The position numbers and the translations under genes are program-made. Below the pieces are notes generated by a model. That model was not told the origin of the DNA, did not search any database, and saw nothing but the letters and a program-made list of their open reading frames with translations. DNA of 49,331 nt from Nanobdellota archaeon (GTDB lineage: Archaea; Nanobdellota; Nanobdellia; Parvarchaeales; Parvarchaeaceae), in the NCBI GenBank assembly GCA_021850635.1, contig JAJZLM010000010.1, forward strand, positions 1 to 49,331. Reading direction: 5' to 3'. Each line of letters begins with the position of its first letter. The stretch's first letter is position 1. Below, one piece after another: positions 39,932 to 49,157 of this stretch.

Positions 39932-39932
39932 A

Positions 39933-41204
39933 TTATGCTATCACTGTATTTACCAGTCTTCCGATTCTCTTCAAGGCAGACTCTGTCATCCCCTCATAAT
40001 ATACCCTTATAAGAGGTTCAGTATTCGATGGCCTAAAAAGCATGAAACCATCATGCAATGGCACTTTTACGCCGTCTAATTTTATCTGGTTCTTGTACTG
40101 TTTAAGGTTCTTTTTTATGCTGGCCATCTTGTGTTTTATTTTCTCCGCACTGTCAAATTTCAGCGAAATGTTTTTGTAGTATATTTGTGGGAATTCCTCT
40201 ACCAGCTCGCTTAGTTTTCTCCCAGTCTTCTTTATTATAGAAGCTATCAGCAGTCCAGTCAGTATACCGTCAGAGAATGGGTAGTACGCACCGAAATAGA
40301 AGTGAGATGCAGTCTCAACGCCGAAGTCGTATTTTCCTGTCTTCATTTTAGCTTCTACGTTCGGTCTTCCTGTCTTTGTGTACTTTACATCGGTGTACGC
40401 TTCTAAGCGACTAGAGCAGGCTATTGTAGCTGCAGTCCTATTTAACTTTAGGTGCTTGATAAGTACCATCGCGGTTACCATCGGGTCCAGCGCTTTTCCG
40501 CTATCGTCTACTATTAGGCATCGGTCTCCGTCCGCGTCGAGTTGAAGGCCGAAATCCAGTTTCTCTTTTCTCACGAGTTCGCATAGTTCCCTGGCGTTTT
40601 CGGCCAATGGTTCTGGTACCTTACCATAAAAGTCCTGCGAAGTGGAAGTCCTAAGGGAATTTACCTTCGCGCCGACTCTTCCAAAGACGAAAGGTGCGAT
40701 GTAGGTAGTAGATCCTCCCATAGAATCTATGCCAACACGTATGTCGAGTTTGCCCATCTCTCTCGTTATATAATCTATGTATTTTCCGTCATATCCGAAA
40801 GGAATCGGTTTTCCTCGTTTGTCCCTGAATTTTCCGGAGGTATACACCGCTTTAATCGGTTCTGGAGTGACTGTTACGCCTTTCTTATACATCAGTATGC
40901 CCGTGTATTCCTTCGGATTATGCGAGGCACTTATACACACCCCATAAGCGTCCTCTACAAAAGAGGCAAAAGCAGACACGGTTACAGGTCCCATACCGAG
41001 TTCATAAACCGTAGCCCCGACTTTAAGTAGGCCTGCTATAAAGTTCTGTTTTATCTCTACACTTCCCTTTCTATTATCATAATTAACGAAAATTGGCTTG
41101 TTCTTAATGAACGTGCCTATGGACTGTCCTATGCGGAAAGCTTTATCTTCGTTTATCTCCTGTGGGTATAATCCTCTTATATCGTAACTTTTGAATATAT
41201 CCAT
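39933..41204 (-). CDS. Phosphomannomutase/phosphoglucomutase
   Basis: IFKSYDIRG, SASHNP, DADGDR, FRPSNTEP. Confidence 0.95.
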   Translation of the reverse strand: MDIFKSYDIRGLYPQEINEDKAFRIGQSIGTFIKNKPIFVNYDNRKGSVEIKQNFIAGLLKVGATVYELGMGPVTVSAFASFVEDAYGVCISASHNPKEYTGILMYKKGVTVTPEPIKAVYTSGKFRDKRGKPIPFGYDGKYIDYITREMGKLDIRVGIDSMGGSTTYIAPFVFGRVGAKVNSLRTSTSQDFYGKVPEPLAENARELCELVRKEKLDFGLQLDADGDRCLIVDDSGKALDPMVTAMVLIKHLKLNRTAATIACSSRLEAYTDVKYTKTGRPNVEAKMKTGKYDFGVETASHFYFGAYYPFSDGILTGLLIASIIKKTGRKLSELVEEFPQIYYKNISLKFDSAEKIKHKMASIKKNLKQYKNQIKLDGVKVPLHDGFMLFRPSNTEPLIRVYYEGMTESALKRIGRLVNTVIA

Positions 41205-41294
41205 TCTTGGTAATTGTACACGATATTATTTATAAGTTTAAGCTAGCGGTGCGAATACTTAAACTATTAAAATATACAGTACATATATCAATAT

Positions 41295-41633
41295 ATGCTG
41301 TCGCAAAAGATTAGTGGTTCAAGCAGCAATGAGAACACACCTACAAAGCAGGTCAATCCAGCCGTATACCAGAAGGCCCAGCCTGGAAAAGAATTCATTT
41401 TTAGGCTAAGCAACGGCAAAGAAGTCGCACGCGCAGTTTCCGTGCAGGAATTTGCATCGAAATTGAAAAGCGTACCGGTAGAATCGCTTGAGTTTCATGC
41501 GAGTGGCAAACACTTCGGCCCCTGGCTCAGATACATGAAGCTTAACGTTGTAGCAGATTCCGTCGATAGCCTTACCTCCAAGGGTGAAAAATTGAGACAC
41601 GACCTGGAGAACTTGTTCAACATACTGCTGTAA
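41295..41633 (+). CDS. DUF5752-like protein
   Basis: F.F...G..A.S..EF...LKSVPVESLEFH....HF..W pattern. Confidence 0.7.
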   Translation: MLSQKISGSSSNENTPTKQVNPAVYQKAQPGKEFIFRLSNGKEVARAVSVQEFASKLKSVPVESLEFHASGKHFGPWLRYMKLNVVADSVDSLTSKGEKLRHDLENLFNILL

Positions 41634-41754
41634 AAGCTATCTAAAATACCGTAGTTTACGACCTAGTGTACTGTACTTTTAGGCGTAAAAATGCAAACGA
41701 AACATTTAAATACTATTACTTCTCTATAGTGGTGATATAATAATAAGATAATTT

Positions 41755-42693
41755 ATGGGATTTCATAGAAACAGCGGTAAAGAGAACTCTAAGCTACTTG
41801 AAAAGCTGGAAAGGATGGGGCTGGGGGATAGGCTGCATGTCGTGCTAGACTACGTAAAAAACAACCAAATAGAAAGTGATAGACATCTGGATAATATGCT
41901 ATCTAAACTTTCAGATGATAGGGAACGCATGTATGTTCTCGGAGAGGCGCTTAGTTTAGGCAGAGTAAAATCCATGGATTATGCTGTTAAAGCTTCCGAT
42001 TATTTCACAAGGGTGTATGGAGGCGATTCATACGACACCACACAAAAACGTGAGGACAGGCAGACTTTAGCTTCGGGTCTGTTGAAGTTTCTTTATGGAA
42101 GGAATGAAGGTTTCTCAACAGAACTATTGCGTAATATGAAATCTGAAAGCTTAAAGAAAGAACTTTTAGACAGATGCATAGATAAAGGGCTGGTAAATGA
42201 TAGAAAGTCTTTAGAGGATGCTCTTGCCCTCTCACAGAAGAAGCAGAGTTATCCCTTTGATAATATTCTCATGTCAGAACATATTATTAAACGTGCTAAA
42301 GCCAAGGGATACACGGACATAGCGGATAAGGCTTTTGCTAGCGCAAATTCAGCATTAGAATCGGATTTTAAGGAGAATACTAAATATTCCGATGAGATAA
42401 GGAACTACAGACTAGAAGCCGTTTCTTTATACTTGCCGAAAGCAGGGCTTAACAGCGCATATGGAAACAATTTAGAAGCGGCCAAGCTATACATAAAAGC
42501 AGCAAGTCTTTTGAGCGATGAGGACGGCGATCTTAAAATCTATGCTTACAGGTCAGCAGGAGATAATTACAATAAAGCTAGACTACCCGAAAAAGCTGCA
42601 GAATGCTATAAAAAGTCGGATTATATAAGGGAGAGGGGTCCTGTAAAGTACAACGTACCCCTAGTAAATCCCTCTTATGATAAGTACTCGTAG
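41755..42693 (+). CDS. Hypothetical alpha-helical protein with C-terminal TPR/SNAP-like repeats
   Basis: EAAKLYIKAA, AYRSAGDNYNKA and EKAAECYKKS; upstream TTTAAATA box. Confidence 0.7.
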   Translation: MGFHRNSGKENSKLLEKLERMGLGDRLHVVLDYVKNNQIESDRHLDNMLSKLSDDRERMYVLGEALSLGRVKSMDYAVKASDYFTRVYGGDSYDTTQKREDRQTLASGLLKFLYGRNEGFSTELLRNMKSESLKKELLDRCIDKGLVNDRKSLEDALALSQKKQSYPFDNILMSEHIIKRAKAKGYTDIADKAFASANSALESDFKENTKYSDEIRNYRLEAVSLYLPKAGLNSAYGNNLEAAKLYIKAASLLSDEDGDLKIYAYRSAGDNYNKARLPEKAAECYKKSDYIRERGPVKYNVPLVNPSYDKYS

Positions 42694-42766
42694 ACCCGAA
42701 AGCTTCATTCAACTAAGGTCTGCTGCTAATACGTTTCCCTATCTCTAAAGTATACGGAAAATATCT

Positions 42767-42955
42767 CTAGAATAGTCCTTTTTTCTCCTTTATAGCAGTT
42801 TCAACTTTTTGCATAAGGTCTGGGGGTATTGGGTCTAGATTATGTGCAGCCTTTGCGTGCGCGGCTATCTTCGGCATCAGTTCTTCTTTTGTTTTTGCGC
42901 TGGTCTTGAAACCGCAACTCATACCTATATCCTTACATTCAAATTCGTACTTCAT
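42767..42955 (-). CDS. DUF1059 small metal-binding protein
   Basis: FECKDIGMSCGF...EEL...HAKAAH; SD GGTGA. Confidence 0.9.
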   Translation of the reverse strand: MKYEFECKDIGMSCGFKTSAKTKEELMPKIAAHAKAAHNLDPIPPDLMQKVETAIKEKKGLF

Positions 42956-43022
42956 ACTATCACCTTAAATAGTAGGACAATTTATACCAATAAAAACGTT
43001 TCTATGACAGGATAAATCTAAC

Positions 43023-45131
43023 TTAGATAAGTGCATGCGCCACTATTAGAGCTATAAACAGGATAGAGATCGTGTTTACAACCTTTATTAGAGGGTTTAT
43101 CGCAGGACCTGCAGTGTCTTTAGTAGCGTCGCCTACAGTGTCTCCGACCACAGCTGCTTTATGAGCTTCAGAGTGTTTGCCCCCAAAGTGGCCGCTTTCT
43201 ATGTACTTTTTGCCATTGTCCCAGGCGCCTCCTCCAACTGTCATCATTATCGCTAACGGGAAACCTGATATTATAACGCCTAAAAGAAGCCCAGCTAGAG
43301 CCACAGTCCCAAGCAAGAACCCTACTATCAAAGGCACTGATACTGCTATTATAGCCGGCACGGCGAGTTGATGGATAGCGGTAACCGTGACTATATCGAC
43401 GCATTTTTCATAGTCTGGTTTTGCAGTCCCTTTCATTACTCCCTTTATCTGTTTGAACTGTCTTCTTATCTCGAAGACCATCTTTTCCGCAGCTACACCT
43501 ACCGCGTTCATAAGGAAGGATGTAAAGAAGAAAGGTAGAGAAGCACCTATCACCAGTCCTGCTACAATTAAGGGGTTTCCAAGGGTCAAACTAGACGTAA
43601 AGGAAGGCCATGATTGACCAGATTGACTCGCAACTGCGAATGTATACGCCGCGAAAAGTGCAAGAGCAGCTAGGACAGCCGAGCCTATAGCGTATCCTTT
43701 TGTTATAGCTTTTGTAGTATTGCCGACTGCGTCTAGAGGGTCAGTTATATTTCTAGCCTTTGCTGGGAGATTAGACATCTCTGCTATACCCCCTGCGTTG
43801 TCGGTTATAGGACCGAACGCGTCTATAGATATTATCATTCCTGTGACAGAAAGCATGCTTGCAGCAGCTAAACCTATTCCGTAGAGCCCAAGATAAGTGT
43901 TAGGGGAAGAAAAACCATTCCATCCGGCAGCTAAGTACGCAAGAAGTATACCACCTGTGACTATTATAGCGGGCATCCATACCGATTGCAGTCCAACCGA
44001 CAATCCACTTATCACAGTGGGACCGGCGCCGGCTCTTGAAGCATCTGCTATCTTATGGACAGGTTTGTATTCTGCACTGGTGTAGTAATCTGTTACCACG
44101 ACTATGAGTATCATTACAATCAATCCTACTACTGTCGAGAAAAATATCCCTAGATTGCCATTCATGAACAAATAATCCAATAGATACAGCCCTATTATTC
44201 CAGTGATAGTAGTAGCTATTAATCCTTTGTAAAGCGCACCCATTATCGTGCTTTTCTTTCCCATCCTAACAAAGAAAGTGCCTATTATAGTCGCTACTAT
44301 AGCCCATGCTGAAACTAGTAATGGGTACAATACAGCGTTAGGAAACATCGATGAGAATATCGAATATATCGAAGGACTACCTATTAAATAAGCTAAAAGC
44401 ATTGCGGCCATAGCAGTAACTACATAGGTTTCGAAAAGATCAGCTGCCATGCCTGCGCAGTCGCCTACGTTATCTCCTACATTGTCCGCTATTACTCCTG
44501 GGTTTCTAGGGTCATCTTCTGGTATTCCTGCTTCTACTTTTCCGACTAGATCGGTACCAACGTCCGCTCCCTTAGTATATATACCTCCTCCGACCCTAGC
44601 GAATAGGCTCATCAATGAGGCTCCGAAAAGAACTCCTACCATATTCAGTATGTTCCCGTTGAAAGCCCAATAGAATCCAACTAGTTCCAAAAGAGCAAAA
44701 CCAGCAACAGACATCCCAGTAACGCTGCCGCCTCTGAACGCGTAGTTCATTGTAGAGGCAAGATTACCAGAACGCGCATGAGCCGCGGTCCTTACGTTTG
44801 CACGTATGCTGACGAACATACCTATAGCGCCGGCTAGAGCGCTTCCAGCCACTCCAAATATGAATCCTATCGAAAGATAAGCTCCTGTACCAGTGATGCC
44901 GAATGCAAAGGCTATAACAACAGCGATTATAGCGGCGACGATAAATACAACAGTGTATTCTCTTTTAATAAAAGCAGTCGCACCTTCTTGTATCGCTTTT
45001 GCGATTTCACGCATCTTGTCATTACCGGCGTCTTCTCTTAGCACTAGCGCAGTTTGAATCGCAGCATAAGCCAGCCCAAGAAGAGCCGCAATAAATACCG
45101 CGAATTCTATTTGACTCGTTGAGAGTATCAT
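43023..45131 (-). CDS. hppA: Membrane H+-translocating pyrophosphatase, predicted K+-independent
   Basis: GGGIYTKGADVGTDLVGKVE, EDDPRN, DNVGDNVGD, GNTTKA, GDTVGD; about 16 TM. Confidence 0.97.
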   Translation of the reverse strand: MILSTSQIEFAVFIAALLGLAYAAIQTALVLREDAGNDKMREIAKAIQEGATAFIKREYTVVFIVAAIIAVVIAFAFGITGTGAYLSIGFIFGVAGSALAGAIGMFVSIRANVRTAAHARSGNLASTMNYAFRGGSVTGMSVAGFALLELVGFYWAFNGNILNMVGVLFGASLMSLFARVGGGIYTKGADVGTDLVGKVEAGIPEDDPRNPGVIADNVGDNVGDCAGMAADLFETYVVTAMAAMLLAYLIGSPSIYSIFSSMFPNAVLYPLLVSAWAIVATIIGTFFVRMGKKSTIMGALYKGLIATTITGIIGLYLLDYLFMNGNLGIFFSTVVGLIVMILIVVVTDYYTSAEYKPVHKIADASRAGAGPTVISGLSVGLQSVWMPAIIVTGGILLAYLAAGWNGFSSPNTYLGLYGIGLAAASMLSVTGMIISIDAFGPITDNAGGIAEMSNLPAKARNITDPLDAVGNTTKAITKGYAIGSAVLAALALFAAYTFAVASQSGQSWPSFTSSLTLGNPLIVAGLVIGASLPFFFTSFLMNAVGVAAEKMVFEIRRQFKQIKGVMKGTAKPDYEKCVDIVTVTAIHQLAVPAIIAVSVPLIVGFLLGTVALAGLLLGVIISGFPLAIMMTVGGGAWDNGKKYIESGHFGGKHSEAHKAAVVGDTVGDATKDTAGPAINPLIKVVNTISILFIALIVAHALI

Positions 45132-45240
45132 ATCTTTGCCTTTAATACCTCTGTAAACACCAAATTCATAGGTGTATAGAATTTGTTCTGTGTATTTAAA
45201 AGTTTCCAGTTACACCTTCTATATATAAGGAGAATATTCT

Positions 45241-45801
45241 CTACAAACCAAGAGTGTTCAGTACGAGCAGTACAGGACTTACAGCGAATGCTATATCAAG
45301 TATAGCTATGACTATCTGTAGTCTTACCTTGTACAGGTAGAAGGCAGTCGCTGCGTATATTGAGATCAGTATGGATCCTATGGCCAGTGCGAAACCTGTA
45401 ACCAGCGGATATGACCCAGTGTTAAAGGCTAGACCTATCGCTAGCAGTATAAAACCTACGCTTCCGATCGAGCCTATCGGCTCTTTTTTATAGTGTTCTA
45501 TTTTAAGTAGATACCCCACAATCAAGAGCGAGAGGAGCAATAAGGTTATCAGTGAATAAATCACGTAGACTTTCAATAGAGCTAGAACAATGCCGACTAC
45601 AGCGATTACTTCAAGCGCCTGGATTACTTTCTGTTTGCTTGCAGTTGCTGAGACGAAAAGTATGAATGCACCTATCAAAAATATTGCGTTTTGAAGATTA
45701 GAACCGAACTGGATGAAGGAAACTGAATATATCAATATCACCATCGCTGCTACAGATATGTAAAATAATAAATTGTCGTATCTAGGTGCTTTTTTCTTCA
45801 T
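45241..45801 (-). CDS. Small polytopic membrane protein of unknown function
   Basis: About 7 hydrophobic segments in 186 aa. Confidence 0.75.
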   Translation of the reverse strand: MKKKAPRYDNLLFYISVAAMVILIYSVSFIQFGSNLQNAIFLIGAFILFVSATASKQKVIQALEVIAVVGIVLALLKVYVIYSLITLLLLSLLIVGYLLKIEHYKKEPIGSIGSVGFILLAIGLAFNTGSYPLVTGFALAIGSILISIYAATAFYLYKVRLQIVIAILDIAFAVSPVLLVLNTLGL

Positions 45802-45899
45802 CTAATAACTAAATAACAGCAGTTTAAATGCTTATTAGCGCATTAATGGTTTTGCACATCTGTGCTAAAGCTTATTTCACACCCTCTCCATACTATTTA

Positions 45900-46586
45900 A
45901 TGAAAGTCTACGTCGGAACTTCTGGTTGGGCATACTCCTGGAACAGAGAAAACAGTCTAGGTTGGTATGCAAAGGAAACAGGGTTGAATGCGATAGAACT
46001 GAACACGAGTTTCTATAGATACCCTTCATCATCTCAGGTAAAAACGTGGGCAGAGGAGGGAAAGGATTTAAAATGGTCGGTAAAGGTCAATCAGACGATA
46101 ACGCACCGCTATAAATTCAACAAAAACAGCTATGCACGCTTTGAGAGTTTTAAGAGGGTATTTGAACCTCTAGATAATAAGATAAAATTTTACTTGTTTC
46201 AATTGCCGCCTATTCTGACACCGAATTCGCTTGATAAAATAGTTGAATTCCAGGACAGATTCGGCCTAGGCGAAAGGTTTGCTCTTGAAGTGCGGAATAT
46301 AAACTGGTTTGATAACGAGATATACAAGAGAATCAAAGCCCTGGGGATTACTATGGTCAGCATAGACTCCCCAATCGGATCGTTCATTGTGAAAACTAGT
46401 AAATCAATCTACCTTCGGATGCATGGAAGAGTCAGCTGGTATTCGTATAAGTACAAGGAAAAGGAACTTTTCCAGATAGCAAGTAAAATATCGCAATTAG
46501 CGCCTACGTCCTCCTATATATTCTTCAACAACGACCACTCAATGCTTCAGAATGCGAGAATGATGCTGGGGGTTCAAAAGCGTTAA
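45900..46586 (+). CDS. DUF72 family protein
   Basis: YVGTSGW, IELNTSFY, LFQLPP, ALEVR, YLRMHG, FFNND; start reassigned to ATG 45900. Confidence 0.93.
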   Translation: MKVYVGTSGWAYSWNRENSLGWYAKETGLNAIELNTSFYRYPSSSQVKTWAEEGKDLKWSVKVNQTITHRYKFNKNSYARFESFKRVFEPLDNKIKFYLFQLPPILTPNSLDKIVEFQDRFGLGERFALEVRNINWFDNEIYKRIKALGITMVSIDSPIGSFIVKTSKSIYLRMHGRVSWYSYKYKEKELFQIASKISQLAPTSSYIFFNNDHSMLQNARMMLGVQKR

Positions 46587-46615
46587 AAATACAAGAGTTC
46601 TTGAATATCTGTTAT

Positions 46616-46688
46616 AGCCCCGTTGTGTAGTGGTCAAGCATACAAGCCTCTGGAGCTTGGGACATCGGTTCAAATCCGATCGGGGCTA
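46616..46688 (+). tRNA. tRNA-Gln(CUG)
   Basis: Acceptor AGCCCCG/CGGGGCT (A1-U72, archaeal Gln type), anticodon arm CAAGC-CT CTG GA-GCTTG, T arm ATCGG-TTCAAAT-CCGAT. Confidence 0.97.
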
Positions 46689-46876
46689 TCCTTCTTAAGG
46701 GATAATGCTATCTCCCGAAAAGTGTACGCTAAAATGCTTTAATATCTGTCTCTATCTTATAGATAAGATATAGATCAGTACCCCAAAGTTTATATCAAAA
46801 GATGGGCCTAGGTATTTTTGCGACTTCCAATCCATTATCATTATGGATTAAATGAGTATTACTTTATTCAAAATAA

Positions 46877-47425
46877 CTATCCATTTATGTATTTAGAATA
46901 GGGGGAATTGTTCTTCGCCAAAAGCATTGTGACATATCCTTTTCGAATTATTTCGTTCTTATCGAATCCCAGGTCAGCTGTGATGCTCTTTAATTCTTCA
47001 TCCTTCGCTTCGTCAGATATTATTTCTATCTCTACAAAATCTCCTAGACCATCTATCTGATCTAACTCTATCTCCGCTTTCATGTATCGGTACGAATGCC
47101 TTTTCTTATTTACTGTGATTATGTGCTCGAAACCAGACCTCTCTATTATTATCTTTAATTCATCCGCGTAGTCTTTGTTTACCTTAATCTGATGTTCCTC
47201 GTATATCCCATCCTTCCCTGTCGCTCCTTTAAACGCCAGTTCGTACTCTCCGCCGGAATTCCTTATCCTAAGCATGAACGACCTTCCTAGCTTTTTGTAA
47301 ATGTCCTTATTCCCAAAATACATATCTTCCTGCTCTTTGAATGAGAGCAGTTCAGCGCCTTTACTTTCGAGAAGATTCTTTACGCTGTCTATATCAGCTA
47401 TCTTTATCCTTATTTCTTGTTCCAT
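46877..47425 (-). CDS. CYTH-domain (class IV adenylate cyclase-like) triphosphate tunnel metalloenzyme
   Basis: EQEIRI, QEDMYF, LRIR, LAFKG, KKR, LDQIDGLGDFVEIE; start at ATG 47425. Confidence 0.9.
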   Translation of the reverse strand: MEQEIRIKIADIDSVKNLLESKGAELLSFKEQEDMYFGNKDIYKKLGRSFMLRIRNSGGEYELAFKGATGKDGIYEEHQIKVNKDYADELKIIIERSGFEHIITVNKKRHSYRYMKAEIELDQIDGLGDFVEIEIISDEAKDEELKSITADLGFDKNEIIRKGYVTMLLAKNNSPYSKYING

Positions 47426-48134
47426 AAGAGTTAACAACTGTACCGGCACCGTACCTTCCTTCTATCAGGTCCTTTATGTTATTTATGTCTTTGTACCCTA
47501 TTATATATAGTTCTATTCTGTTGTTTGATACTGCTTTTGAAGCCATATAATCAAATACATTGCTAGACCCTGCCTTTCTGCTGTCTTTTTTTGTTAGGTC
47601 CAACAACTTATCATAACTCATTGAATTTATCAATTTTGCATTCTTGTACTTCTTAGGATCTGCATCGTAAACACCGTCTACATTGTTGATTATCTTAACC
47701 ATAGTTCTTATTCCGGTATACGCGCAGTATTGTGCAGCTACGTTATCCATACTCTGTCCAGGGAAATTACCGCTAAGAAAACCGATGAGGCCTTTCTTTG
47801 TTATCACGTCACTAGCAACAGTAAGATTATCTATTATACCATCATAAATTACGTCCCTATCAAATGCACTGTACAGCACGGAAGAGTTCAGTCTTTGTGC
47901 CTTGTCAGCGAGTATATCGCACTGCGCTTCACTTCTGCCTAGGGCTCTTCCAATGTTTATTACCCTCCTTGCGATTTTTCCTCCCCCTATTACAATACCT
48001 ACATTGTATGATTTATGCAAGTCTGCTATCGCTCTAGAGAACTCTTTTAGTTTTCCCAACTCCGCGTTATCTCCCTCTAGGATAGAATCAAGGAATGAAC
48101 CTGATACTTTAACTACTACACCTTTCTTCTCCAT
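47394..48134 (-). CDS. pyrH: UMP kinase-like protein (amino acid kinase family), divergent
   Basis: KVSGS, IGGGKIAR, PGQSMD, NVDGVYDADPKK, AGSSNVFD, terminal GT. Confidence 0.75.
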   Translation of the reverse strand: MEKKGVVVKVSGSFLDSILEGDNAELGKLKEFSRAIADLHKSYNVGIVIGGGKIARRVINIGRALGRSEAQCDILADKAQRLNSSVLYSAFDRDVIYDGIIDNLTVASDVITKKGLIGFLSGNFPGQSMDNVAAQYCAYTGIRTMVKIINNVDGVYDADPKKYKNAKLINSMSYDKLLDLTKKDSRKAGSSNVFDYMASKAVSNNRIELYIIGYKDINNIKDLIEGRYGAGTVVNSYGTRNKDKDS

Positions 48135-49050
48135 AAATCCCTCCCTCTAAAGCGCAGCCTATTACACTTTTAAGATCAACATTGTTATTTTTAGAATATG
48201 CCTCAAGAGCATTTTTGATTTCTCCAAATATAGAAGGTCCTTTGATGTGCGCTGCGGAGTATATTTCGACAAGGCTGCTTCCAGCCATTAGATACTCCAA
48301 AACGTCATCTGAGGAACTTATACCGCCAACACCAACTATAGGAGTGTCAAGCTTTTGTTTTATATCATATATGGACCTCAGAACAAACGGCTTTATCGCA
48401 GGACCAGTCACGCCACCGTATACCGACTGGAGGTAAGGTCTGCCCGTTTTTATATTGATAGCCAGGCCGGGCCCAATCGAATTAGACATCACGAATGCGT
48501 CCGCAAGTTCCTCTTTTTCGATACCTTTCAGTTCATCTAGTACTATATTGTCAAGCGATAATTTTAAGAAAATAGGTTTGTTTGTCTTGTTTCTCGCGTT
48601 TGAAAGAGAACTCCTGGCGGATTTGTAGGATATTTTCCCGTACAACAGTGCCGAATGTGAGCACGAGAAGTTAATCTCGTAAAAATCAGGTTCAACGTTT
48701 GTTTTGAATATCTCGGCTATGTCGCTGCTGTCTGCCGGATTCCTCGCGGATATACTTATCCCGACTAGCCCATGTTTTTTAATTTCGGGGATCTCTTCAA
48801 CCCAGTAGTTTACTGGTGTTATATTTTGATTATCCGAATTAAGCATATAATGGTCATTGTAATAAACAGATGGTCTGAACAACGGCCTGTGCTCATTTTT
48901 TATTCTAAGTGTTCTAGAGATAACGGCCGCGGCACCGCTGTCAAGAGATTTGATAGGAAACTCTTTTCTTTCTGTTATTGTGCCGGAGCCGAGAATCAAG
49001 GGATTTTTGAACACTAGATTACCGAGTGTCATTTCAAGATTCTTTACCAT
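48109..49050 (-). CDS. pyrD: Family 1 dihydroorotate/dihydropyrimidine dehydrogenase-like flavoprotein, divergent
   Basis: FKNPLILGSG, EINFSCSH, FLKL, GGVTGPAIKP, IVGVGGI, AGSSLVEIYSA. Confidence 0.75.
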   Translation of the reverse strand: MVKNLEMTLGNLVFKNPLILGSGTITERKEFPIKSLDSGAAAVISRTLRIKNEHRPLFRPSVYYNDHYMLNSDNQNITPVNYWVEEIPEIKKHGLVGISISARNPADSSDIAEIFKTNVEPDFYEINFSCSHSALLYGKISYKSARSSLSNARNKTNKPIFLKLSLDNIVLDELKGIEKEELADAFVMSNSIGPGLAINIKTGRPYLQSVYGGVTGPAIKPFVLRSIYDIKQKLDTPIVGVGGISSSDDVLEYLMAGSSLVEIYSAAHIKGPSIFGEIKNALEAYSKNNNVDLKSVIGCALEGGIYGEERCSS

Positions 49051-49157
49051 TACATAATAAAGACTATCTATAGTATTAAAGTGTTTCTTGCTCTTGGCTT
49101 TGTTTATTAAGTAACAAGGAGATTCTCGCTTTTCGTATAATATTTTGCATATTTTAT

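Noticed and set aside
46696..46760. Fluoride riboswitch-like hairpin after tRNA-Gln
   Set aside because: Lacks the conserved GAUGG/UGAUG pseudoknot elements, and no co-oriented gene lies downstream
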